A program made the translations under genes and the position numbers. The notes beneath the pieces were generated by a model. The model had not been told where the DNA came from, did no database searches, and worked only from the letters and a program-made list of their open reading frames with translations. From assembly GCF_006345805.1 (NCBI RefSeq), contig NC_043006.1, positions 62,124,001 to 62,188,000 of the forward strand: DNA of 64,000 nucleotides, in the 5' to 3' direction. Each line of letters begins with the position of its first letter. The first letter of the stretch is position 1. Positions 53,141 through 64,000 of the stretch are shown here, piece by piece. This DNA comes from Octopus sinensis. Taxonomy: Eukaryota.

Positions 53141-54340
53141 ACTAGCAGGGAACTTGGCGTTGCCTGTGTCACATGGAATTGAAGAATTATATATTATATA
53201 TTTTATATTTCCTCTAATGAACTCGAATACCTATGATTCGAATTTCATCAAAATTGCAGTATAATGAGGGTTCTTTCCCTCTTTACACACCCTAACAAAA
53301 ATTCTAAACATGACATATTTATCCCATAATACTCAACTTTGTGCCCAGATTCCAAAATCTGAATCTTATAAATCCCGTTCAAAGGTGTTTTCTCCTGGAA
53401 AACGGAGCACATGAAGCTCAAAAATGTGGAGGTTAGGGGCAGGGTCTTAAAGTCAATCAGAGATGTTAAGTTGTTGGGAATCTTTTTTAATTTGTGTCAT
53501 ATCTATTGTTCAAATTTATTTGAAATCGGAAATACATGAATGTTCACTGGGTGTGTAAAAGCGAGAAAGCTAGATGAAACCAAAAGACGAATGATCACAA
53601 TAAGCAGTCTGCTACCGTACCCTAGTCACCACCATTCCCCAATGTAGGATTCATCACCATACAGATGACCGGCACAGCCGTAAGATGCATTACGGATCTA
53701 TAGACCCAACTCAAATAAACATTAACAACTTTTTGACGTGAGGGTTAAAGGGAAATGAAAGTGTCACCTCTGGCGTTTGCCAATAATCACTATGCTGAAA
53801 GATACCTGAACAGAATAAATTTGCAATCTATAAATATCTATGGATGGCCAATTACATATCTGGAAAGGTTTGAAATCAATGTTAACATCAGGGGACTATC
53901 TCTGATCCAGTGCTAATAAGAAGACTCAAAGGAGGTCTGAAACCTAATAACTTTACCCAAACTAACACTTTGCAACTGAATCAGTGGAAGCAAAGATGCT
54001 TCTCCCTTACTCGACAATTTATGCATCACATTTCAAAACTCACAACCTAAATATATCTCAAAGCAAACTTTTACACTGTTGTACCATTGAATTACTAATA
54101 ACGCTCAACATGTATCCTCGTGTGACTCTACAGCTTCCAAGACTTCAACTGTATTCGTCTTAGCTTAGGAAAACTGACTCAATTGTGGGGGTTAAGCACC
54201 AATAATGAGTCTCACTAACTCCTAAGAATTTGAAATTTCAGGAATATAATTTCATTTCTGTCTAATATCTATGGTTAACATTTCATCAACAGCAAGATGG
54301 GGAAACATAGACGCAAAAACACGCATATACTTTTAGATAT
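53141..54340 (-). mobile_element. Possible non-autonomous Helitron-type element
   Basis: Begins actagcag..ggcgttgcc (CTAG end plus GC motif on the minus strand); far end approximate. Confidence 0.4.
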
Positions 54341-54355
54341 ATACATATACATATT

Positions 54356-54405
<50 letters not shown>

Positions 54406-54408
<3 letters not shown>

Positions 54409-54563
54409 GATGGGTTTTTGTCAGCTTCTGCCTACCAACGTCACAAGACTGATTGATTTGAGGAGGCTATAGCAGAAGACATATCATGCAAAGTTACCAC
54501 ACATTGCGACTGATACACACGACCAAATGCTTTGGAACCAAGTTTATTACCAAGCAGCCACAT
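54406..54563 (-). mobile_element. SINE family B, 5' half, between (TA)n tracts
   Basis: acgatggg..gaggctatagcagaagaca..cagccac. Confidence 0.7.
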
Positions 54564-54564
54564 C

Positions 54565-54620
<56 letters not shown>

Positions 54621-54622
<2 letters not shown>

Positions 54623-55146
54623 AATATTTTATGATTATAAACATATAAACAAAAGTATAATTAGGTTTCAGCTAATTAATTCACCACATACCGAATTTAG
54701 AAATAGGACTTAAAAATTTATTTTCTACTACTGTAAGAATCTCATGACAGTAACATATTTTTTTTACGTAGGCAAAGAGAAAAACAGTGGATCAACACGA
54801 CCAAGATTAACTACATACGCGTTTCGAGATTAAAGGGTTTGAAAATTTACTTACTTCTCTCTTCAGTGTAGTATTTTCAATTATAAAGTTTGGAAGTGCT
54901 AGGGTTAAATATGCACACGATCGAACGACATCATGTAAAATATATCCAACCCACACTTCCAAAATTGAAGAGCCGAATGTGAATACACTATCCATCTCCT
55001 ATACACACGTATATGCTACCAGCAGTACCGCAGAAAACTGCAGTATTCTATCATGGAATTTTTAACTTTTATTTCTAAATTCGGTATGTGGTGAAGCAAT
55101 TAGCTGAACCCTAATTATAATTATCTTTGAAATTATAAAATATTTG
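54621..55146 (-). mobile_element. HHR-bearing fold-back element (arms 54621..54705 and 55070..55146)
   Basis: Inverted arms share ttcaccacataccgaatttagaaata; homologous to 62373..62961; abuts (TA)n. Confidence 0.85.
54810..54872 (-). ncRNA. Type I hammerhead ribozyme, canonical core
   Basis: actaca-CTGAAGA-gaga...tctc-GAAA-cgcg-TA-tgtagt. Confidence 0.9.
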
Positions 55147-55393
55147 TATAATTTTACCTATGAATGTTATTTTAACGTAACGATCTACTTGGTAAAATTA
55201 TTAATTAATTGATTGATTAATTAATTTAATTGATAAATGTTACCCTTTTATTATTAATTTAAAGTTATATATATATATATGTACATACATACATATATAC
55301 ATATACACATACATATATATATATGAGAGAGATACATACATATATATGCAGCCACTACATACATATTTTTCTCTCCTTGTTTTTTCTGGGTAC

Positions 55394-55429
55394 CTTTCTG
55401 TAGAAGAGCGTAGGCTCTAAACGTAAAAG
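55394..55429 (+). ncRNA. Hammerhead-like motif (CUGUAGA+A, G12U mutant) in PLE-type end 55345..55522
   Basis: cttt-CTGTAGA-a-gagc(gtag)gctc-TAAA-cg-TA-aaag. Confidence 0.5.
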
Positions 55430-55519
55430 ACTTTTTCTATTTCTGAGCGCTATACTAATACATCTGTTTGTTTTGTACACCACCTGTCTTCATCTTTTGT
55501 TTATTTTCGTAAACTCTCC

Positions 55520-55570
<51 letters not shown>

Positions 55571-55794
55571 TTCGTAGGCACAGCTGGTGTATTACCTTGC
55601 TCTGTATAGGCTTTGCGATAAGGGTAACAGTAGTTGGTAATTAAACTAGAAGAAGCGTGATTTAATATATTCAGATAAGAAATGAAATGGAGCAACAATT
55701 CACAATTAAATGTCGATCATTGGTATTAAAATGTCATAGTTTATTTCTAGTTCAAGAACATTTACAACTGCTTCAGTTTGAAATTTCATAGTAA

Positions 55795-56119
55795 ATTTGC
55801 ATCTATCTCGTTCCATTTAACACACATCGTCAGAATGATTTAAAGTTTATCGGAGGAATAAAGAGAGGAGAAAAAGGAAAGTGAAAAGAAAAAGGAAGAA
55901 GTTCGTTAAGTTTTTAGGCTTACATTTTTGTGCCCTTATAGGTTTCTCGTCCGTGTACGCTTCTTCAATTAGATGAATAGAGCAATAAGTGGGGAAAATG
56001 ACTAGTTGACCGGCGGTGTTAGTCGAAGGAGTTTTACCTGGTGGTAATATCCGGTGCTGTAATAATTGTAATAAATAACGCTGACAATGTTTGTCAAATG
56101 GAACGAGATAAATGCGAAT
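55795..56119. repeat. About 39-bp inverted repeats enclosing about 250 bp (MITE-like)
   Basis: atttgcatctatctcgttccatttaaca..gtcag and ctgaca..tgtcaaatggaacgagataaatgcgaat. Confidence 0.65.
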
Positions 56120-56169
56120 GCTTATACTACTTCTATGTACAATCCCAAAAATTACTCTAATAAGATACG

Positions 56170-57310
56170 ATCTCGAAGAACTGATGCTCTTTGCTTATGT
56201 ACATACTGGTGTGTTCCGAGAATCCAGTGGGAACCTGTCAGTCAGTTGGAAGTGACTGAGTAGTCACTTACCTTGAGCAAGTGTAGCCGCCGTTTGTCAA
56301 ACGGGATTTATCTGCTCGTCCTATTGACGGAGTTACAGTCATGGATCAAGAATATACCGAGAAAAGGTGCTGGGCATCTAAAGTGTCCAGACGTGCTCAC
56401 CACTCCCTACCAATCGGTGAATATAGCCGGAGGAAGTTCCATATCGGAGCTGTAGTATGGATTAGTGACGGACAAGAGTGATAACGCCCTCGGGGAAACT
56501 TTGGGCGTCGGGAAGGAACAAATAACTGATCTTACCGGGGGATTTTCGGGCCGAGGCCTATGGATAATTTTCATGAATCACTCGCTTTGCAATGCTACCG
56601 GGAGATTTCTGCCGGTCCGAGAAAAGCTCAACAGACACGTAAGTTTTGTCTGACTGACCTGTTCGAGATGCACCCATGGCGGTGAAAGTGTTCTTCATGC
56701 ACTCGTCCAGTGCTCGAAAATTGCCGACTTCTGGAGCTCTGTGGAACAACTGCTGATGTGTGTAGGACCGACCCGTCTATCAGCCGAGTGAGAATCGCTG
56801 CACGACCTTATTTTAGCTGAGAAATGTACACTGATTTCTTTGGTTTAGAGAGAGATATCGTGAATGAGGATTAAAGATCTGAAGACAGAGCCTCTCCTCT
56901 TCGGCGAAGTCCTTATTGGCTTACAAGTTCCACTTGTAATGGAGAGTGAGAGGGAGAGAAAAGTCTTGCCGCCACCCCAGTTTTTTGTTAGAACGTGGTT
57001 GAATGTTGCGAGGATAGCCCATGTGAATGGGTCTGCTCTGAACATACACTTGTAAACCGGAGGAGTTTAGGAGGAGAAAAATAACTGTCGGAGATATCCT
57101 TGGCATTCGGTATGGCCAGTACGTGTGGAGTTTCTTACTTGCACCAGGGTGGAAATTCTGATTTTGCTAAATTTTCATGTTTAAATTTTGGTTTTAATGT
57201 ATACACATGTTCTTGTGCTAAAGCCCACCTGTTCCTTGTTTTGTATTGCCCCTTATTGATTTGTATTCAGCTCTTGTTGCCAATAAACAAAAGACTATTA
57301 TTATTATTAG
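56170..57310 (+). pseudogene. Tx1/L1-like LINE 3' end
   Basis: CSRC..ESVLHALVQC..ADFWSSVEQLL knuckle; TWLNVA terminus; AATAAA and (TTA)n tail. Confidence 0.75.
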
Positions 57311-57536
57311 TCTTTATTTATTCCACAATATTCATGTAGACTGTTCACTTTCATCAAATTTAGCAGCATTATCATGTACAAGAAGCTACGGCATAGCGCT
57401 ATAGTTAATTCAAATGTAAATTGATACAGTCTATAGTCGATTAAAGCAACATGAACGATAATTTTGTAATTGAAGGATAACAAATTGTGGATTGTGCTTT
57501 AGTTGTGTAAAACACTGACAATGGAGCTTTATATAT

Positions 57537-57768
57537 ATTTCTTTACTACCCACAAGGGACTAAACACAGAAGGGACAAACGCGGACAGACAAAGGGAATA
57601 AGTCGATTACATCGACCCCAGTGCGTAACTGGTTCTTAATTTATCGACCCCGAAAGGATGAAAGGCAAAGTCGACCTCGGCGGAATTCGAACTCGGAACG
57701 TAACGACAGACGAAATACGGCTACGCATTTCGCCCGCCGTGCTAACGTTGCTGTCAGCTCGCCGCCTT
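57537..57768 (-). mobile_element. Full-length SINE family A with 16-bp target-site duplication
   Basis: atggagctttatatat at 57521..57536 and 57769..57784. Confidence 0.95.
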
Positions 57769-59390
57769 ATGGAGCTTTATATATCAACGAGAAAAACTGA
57801 AATCTAAAGTCTCAGAGTCGATTATTGCTAGATGTGTAAACTTATCTAATAGGAACCAAAGGAATACTTTAAGTCATTCTTTTCAACGCTCTAAAATGAT
57901 GCCCCTTAAGAGCCAACTTTTATGATGATTATGTGATGGTAACTATATTAGATTTGTATAGGAATTAACTACGCTGCAATGATTACACGCAAAGGATTAG
58001 TAAATATTTAAAATACAGACTCAATAAAAATTATTGAAGAAAGTCTATAGTTGATTAAAGCAACTTTAACGTTTCCATTTGGGAATGCTAATGACATGGC
58101 AAAGATGAAATGCATGGTTGTCCTCGAATATGATTTCAATAAACGCTTGAAATAGATATCGCGAAACATTTTGTAGTTCGCTTTAATATTTTTTGTTACT
58201 CTTTAAAGATTAATTTGAATATCACGGTGTGGAATCCAATTTTATTAGCCACCATTTTTTTTAAGCCTTTGGCCGTATATTTCCACTATTTTACTACGAT
58301 TTATTGAAATTCACAGTATTGAAGCAATTTCAGAAAGCTGAGTAAAAGTAAATAAATCAGACATAAAATGTCTTGAACATATGTTATTAGATTCTCTACT
58401 ATTGGATACTTTACCCCAAAGCTATGGAATATTTCAAAATTTTAAAACAAATTATCAATGATAGATCGATGACAAATAGCTAATACTTATATATCTAAAT
58501 GTTTTTTACATTTTTTAAGAGAGAGAAAGAGATTGAGAGAGAATGTGTGTGAGAGTGTGTGTGTTTGTGTTATTTTTTCTGCTTGGTGTCTGATTATTTG
58601 AATCCAAATGAAAACATATTGATCTTCGAGTCATACAGAATGAAAGTGAAGTAAGTCAAAGAATATTCAAATGAAAGTCGTGCAAAGAAACAATATATTG
58701 AAGGACACTTGGAAGAACATAATATTGATAAGAATTATAATCAATCGATATTTTAATATTTGCATTTGAATCTAACCTCTGTGTAGAATCGAAAGATATG
58801 AAAAAAAAAGTCTGACATACAAATGACATACAAATAATGTGATATATTCAGACTTCAACGTCAGAAAAAAAAAATTCGAAAATATTTGTGTTGTGTTGTA
58901 TATTTTTATTCTGATTTTCGTTTTTATTTATTAAAACATGAAGATCAACATTAATCATTTTCATCACCATCGTAATCATCAACATCGTCCTGCTGATCAT
59001 CATCAACATTATCAATATCATCGAAAGAAAAAATCACACAAATATCATCGGTGTCATTGACACCAACATTTTTATTCTTTTTGCTGTTTTGATTTTCTCA
59101 ATATCATATCTACATTTAAAACTGCCGTTTTTTACTACTTCTGTTCATACGATAACTAATACTACAATTAATACTAATACCTGTTAAAGCACAGATATTT
59201 AGAGGCGGTGACTTTTAGTTTGTAGTCTCATTTACATCCTGTTTCATCTGGTACCAGTTAGCTATTGATTGCAAAGAAATATAATGTGTAATGTCCGAGA
59301 GGAAGAAGTCTGTGCTAATATACGAAAACATCATCATCATCTTCATCATTATTATTATTATTATTTGATATGATATGTTGTTTTCTACAG

Positions 59391-59493
59391 TTATAATGTG
59401 TGACCACTGCTGTGACTGTAGCTGTTGTATCTACTCTGGTAGCAATGATTTTTTTTGGTATTGGATACTGCATATATATTCTATACCGGAATG
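59391..59493 (+). pseudogene. Transmembrane-helix pseudo-exon
   Basis: ttttctacag acceptor, L*CVTTAVTVAVVSTLVAMIFFGIGYCIYILYRN, gtaata donor. Confidence 0.5.
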
Positions 59494-60429
59494 GTAATAA
59501 ACCGCTTCGTCTATCATGCTATCGCTGATAGCTCAGCAAGACACCGAATTTAAACTACCTTGATTCTGACCCGAGGTGGAATATAACATGCAACTGACTC
59601 TTAACTCTAATTGAGACCCGTACAATGACTGATACACGACTCAATTTCTTTATGTGGCCACACAGGGCCTGACATAGAGGGGACAAAAAAGGAGAGACAA
59701 AGTAGGAAAGGCAAAGAGAAAACGAATGAAAAATATGGAACTGAAAAATGAAAAAGATGAATGCTACTCGACCCCATGACCGATTAGTTTCATTGATGTA
59801 TTTTTTACAACGCATTAAATTGCTTCTTCTTTTCTTTTTTCCTTCTAAAACCTCATCTACACAAAATACTATGATAATACAGTTCTATGTTGGATCTTGT
59901 TATACGCAATTACATACTCTTTTTTCCCCTTTTTGGGGGGATACAATTATAAAACATCACTTAAGCCGTTAAAACATTACTCTGTTAATCACTGTTCAAA
60001 ACTGAGGCAAAAATTTTTAAGTTTCAATTACCGTTCATTCCTATTGTCCCTGAGTAAACTTCACTCAAACATACATTAGGCTGTAACGTGTTCAGGTCGA
60101 CATCTCTTCCCGTGTAGTAGACATCTCTCCTCTACTTTTCTTTTAACTTATGATAATTCTCTTTCAACATGACGGAACACCATACACTTTGGCGTAACCC
60201 TTCACAATCTTTTGTGCCCACTTCTATATCAGAGTTCACCATCTCAAATTCTTTTCTCACTGAGACATTTACAATGTTGTATAAAACGGTAAGGTACGTT
60301 TCCCTGGGTGATGGGTTGGGATTTTGTGGCATTTGTGTATTTGCTTGCATTATTTGCGTTCCTATCTGGAGGGGTAAAGAGAGGGTTGGGCAGAGTGGGA
60401 GGAGAAGTACTGGATTAGGTTAGAGTTCT

Positions 60430-60913
60430 TCCTCACTGGTTTGCTGTTTTCTTATTTTCCTCTTCTTCTTGCCAATCTTTGTCCATTGTGTTGATTCTTT
60501 TGTTTGTACACCTCGTTTTTGTTTCCCATCCTTCTAAGTTGATGTTACGACTGTCGGGGACGCGGTCTCTACTGGAGCTACTTTTGGTCCTTCTACGAGG
60601 TGGAGAGGAAATCACTTGGCCTTTATGTGCCCCAACTGTCCACAGTTGTAGCACCTCGGCCTTCTAACTTCCATCAAAACCCTAAACCTCACCTCGCCTC
60701 CCTCCGTTATGGAGTTGACCATTTCTTCCATGTCCTCTAAGGTAGCCTGGATTATTATTATTTCCAATGTCTGCACTAGTCAATTCTTCGTTGGTATCTT
60801 TGTCGTCTGTAGGATTGTAATCCTTTCCTTGAGGTCCATTAAAATTGCCGCTATTATCCAGTTTACGTCCATCTCCGGAGTTATTCTTTCCACCCTTACC
60901 CTAGATGCACGTT
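60430..60913 (-). pseudogene. LINE ORF1-like fragment with zinc knuckle
   Basis: RVRVERITPEMDVNW..RPRCYNCGQLGH. Confidence 0.6.
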
Positions 60914-60992
60914 GTATACGATACCAAGAAAATATCGTGGCTGCTAGGGTAGATACAACAGCTACAGTAACAACAGTCGCCACACATTCTAA
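60914..60992 (-). pseudogene. Paralogous transmembrane pseudo-exon, truncated
   Basis: tttccacagttag then ECVATVVTVAVVSTLAATIF; inverted homologue of 59391..59468. Confidence 0.5.
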
Positions 60993-61149
60993 CTGTGGAA
61001 AGCACCACAACATAGCAGTGGTGACGAGAAAATAAGCGTTCAAAAAACATTCACGCGGAACAATTAAAAAAGAAATATTAGGCGTTGAGAAATTAACATC
61101 TCGACAGAGGAGTAACAAACGCTTTGTAGTACGTATTATACCAAAAATT

Positions 61150-61800
61150 ATGGTGAACATGTTGGCGGGTTTATTCGAGTTGCAAAAACAGCAACAATGA
61201 CAACTCAAAGACCAAAAGCAACAACAAATCTTACAACAAATGAACTTATGAAGTTGATAACCAACCTGGAAAATATGTTTTGGCCAGACCATGTAGCAAA
61301 TTCAATAAATCAATTTAAATATGACTCGGAAGAAGGAGTCACCTTCAAGGCATATTACTGAAATGAAAACACGTCTAATTTTGAGGGAGCTGGCAGCAAC
61401 TGAGCAGGAAAAGTTCAGTAACTTAATACAGTCTATAAAATCTTCTGATAAGTTTTATGGGCAGAATTGACATTTTATATAAGATGTTCAGTGAAAAAAC
61501 CTCGCTGTTCAACACTCGTTGGAAGTGTTTGAACATTGAGAAAAGCGATGACGAATAATTTTACTACGTATGCAGGTAGAGTGAACAGGGAATGCTAGAG
61601 TTTTAAACTGGATAAACTAACTACAGATTCGTTTAAATGCCTGAGTTTTGCACAGGGACTTACTGCTAAAAAGGATGCAGAAATCAGAACGAAATCTTAC
61701 AAAGCTGTAAATGAACTGAGATATAACACCACAGAAACTTCAGAACATTGCGACATGATATTAAAAGTAAGACATGACGTAGAAGAAATCTAATGCAGAG
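61150..61800 (+). pseudogene. Gypsy/Ty3 gag-like remnant
   Basis: ANSINQFKYDSEEGVTFKAYY; FSEKTSLFNTRWKCL; YAGRVNREC; FKCL.FAQGL...DAEIRT. Confidence 0.8.
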
Positions 61801-62372
61801 ATTGTTTCCAGGTAAAACCAACCGAAATTATTTAGATCAAATAAAACAGCATGTAGTGTTACTGGAAGGAAATTATATTTTATCGGTGAATGCATTTGCA
61901 ATGTAACTTTTCGAGGTAAAACGAAACGGGCAAATATTTATGTGTTGGAAAAAAATCATGAAGCGTATTTGGCAGAGAATGCATGGAGATATTTAAAATG
62001 TGGGATACCCACATAAGTGTTCACTGTGGACATGGACTTGGGGAGGGGCAAAGGCTCGACTGAAGACCTCGGGGCATCATGCGTACATAGTGTAACCTGT
62101 ACTTTTAAATATTTTCGAAAGTAGGACTTCATAGGTCTTGTGCTTGAACTGATTTTGATGGAAACTTAATTTCAATATTTTTAGTTTGGAAATTAATGTA
62201 CATTACATATATTACAATATAATAAAAGCTATATAGTATAGTTAGTTAGCGTGCTAAACAAAGTATATTTTCCATATGAATTTTTCTGCCTAGTTAATCA
62301 GATTTCATGATGGTTTTAGTAATTATTTTATTTATCCCTTTCTTAAAAGGACCATTTTTTGGTAAACTTAAA

Positions 62373-62961
62373 CAATATTTTATAATTACGAGAACAATTA
62401 TAATTAGAGTTCAGCAAGGGTTTGCTTTACCACATACCGAAGTTTAGAAATAGCAGCCAAAGAACCTTACATATTTCTTCTACTATAAAAAGAGACTACC
62501 GGACAAAACAAAATATTCAAAATAACCCATGCAGACAGAGAGGAAAAATAACGAAATTCACTCCGTATTTGATTACCTGTGGACGCGTTTCGGAATTAGA
62601 TCGGTATGAAGAATGTAAAAATCATACTTCACCCAAACATTTTCCTCTTCAGCACAGGATTCCACAATATTAAATTTCAGAGCGCCGGAAAAATTGAACA
62701 TACCTATCCAATTCAAAACAGTATCGGACAGATCATATTCAACGAAATGCGTCTACAGTTAATCAAATACCAAGTGAATTTCGTTATTTTTCCTCTCTGT
62801 CTGCGTGGGTTATTTCGAGTAATTTGTTTGTCCGGGAGTCTCTTCTTATAGTAGAAGAACTAGCTAAGGTTGTTTGGCTGCTATTTCTATACTTCGGTAT
62901 GTGGTAAAACAAATCTTTGCTGAACCCTAATTATAATTATACGCGTAATTATAAAATATTG
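62373..62961 (-). mobile_element. HHR-bearing fold-back element (arms 62373..62592 and 62743..62961)
   Basis: About 220-bp colinear inverted arms, non-coding spacer, abuts (TA)n. Confidence 0.92.
62576..62658 (-). ncRNA. Type I hammerhead ribozyme, canonical core, GUC cleavage site
   Basis: cctgtg-CTGAAGA-ggaa..gtatga..tcatac..ttcc-GAAA-cgcg-TC-cacagg. Confidence 0.92.
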
Positions 62962-63431
62962 TATATATATATATATATATGACTTCGGTGATACTCCGAT
63001 CACTTCGGCTAAAGCCAGAGATTTCTATATGTTAGTCTATCATTTGTGGATGATTCTTATGAAGGCAGTCGATTTCAGTCCTGTATTGAACTGGTGATTG
63101 CCTTGAAATACACAGTTGCGTCTGATCGGAAGTCGATTTAAATGATCTGATAACCGACCCGTTCACTTTTTCAGTCTGTCGAGGGAGTCCTCTCGCACAC
63201 CTTCTGTGCCTGCTACCTTGCCACTACATCGGAAACTGGTGTTCTTCAAGAGCATCATATTCGAACTGGGATGGGGAAGAGTTGAGTGTCACAATGGGTG
63301 AGGGTTACAAGAGTGACAATATTAAAGATTTAACTTGGATATAACCGCGCGAGATATAATTTGTAATCTCCGAGAGGAAGCGGCCTGTGCTAATATAAGA
63401 AACATATTATCATTATTATTATTACTATTAT

Positions 63432-63975
63432 TGAGTGAGAGAGCAGTGCATGCCATCAAAGTGACACTGGGGTAAAATATACGAAGCCCAATATACCCGT
63501 CCGATAAAGGTACACCAGGCACATGCATCACAACCATATGTGCGCGACATGGTGATATCATATCAAGATAAACAGCACATGACCTTGCAGGTGGGCCCAG
63601 TTAGAATTTTCTTCAGGTTGAGTAGCCCATCCCGCTCAAAATGTCCCTGAATAAGGGTTGTTTAAGGATGTTGAAAAAACCACCCATGTTTCCAGAGGTG
63701 AATTATTCAAACCCCAAAGAATCCCTCTCAATACATGGCTATGATGCTCCCCCACTACTTCTGCTCATGATCAGAGATGCACATATCGTCAGCCACTAAG
63801 GGACATGCTCAACTGGTTATGGTCAAACAACTGACAAGCAAATCTGTGGTATTGAGCAGAATATTTGCTGTAGACCATCTTTTATACCAAGACAAAACAA
63901 TGTACATGATAACACTTCCAATCAGTTAAGATCAGAAGCCATGAGAGCCACTGCCTTGTACTGCATCAGGGCATT
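63432..63975. mobile_element. About 545-bp non-coding interspersed element inserted in (ATT)n
   Basis: GC-richer block flanked on both sides by (ATT)n; resembles an abundant octopus repeat from memory. Confidence 0.55.
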
Positions 63976-64000
63976 TATTATTACTATCATTATTATTATT

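Overview
AT-rich, microsatellite-laden eukaryotic intergenic or intronic DNA. The SINE families and repeat landscape look like an octopus/cephalopod genome; this is recognition from memory, not a database result. No intact protein-coding gene is visible, and most ORFs in the track are translated microsatellites. The window is mostly decayed transposons: Penelope-like elements (PLEs; Hydra-like and Neptune-like GIY-YIG), a Helitron with PIF1 helicase remnants, hAT, RTE, R4/Dong, HERO-like, CR1-like, Tx1-like, Gypsy gag, two tRNA-derived SINE families and several TIR elements. The signal the ORF track hides is at least 11 minimal type I hammerhead ribozyme (HHR) motifs from several families, nearly all in PLE 3' ends next to (TA)n tracts. 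They include a non-coding family of HHR-bearing fold-back elements with covarying stems, a U3-A8 core variant in two copies, and a G5A-mutated ribozyme in the inverted pLTR of a Hydra-like PLE. Possible host-gene relics are a fibrinogen-domain-like exon and two paralogous transmembrane pseudo-exons. Coordinates were read by eye; the edges of decayed elements are approximate.
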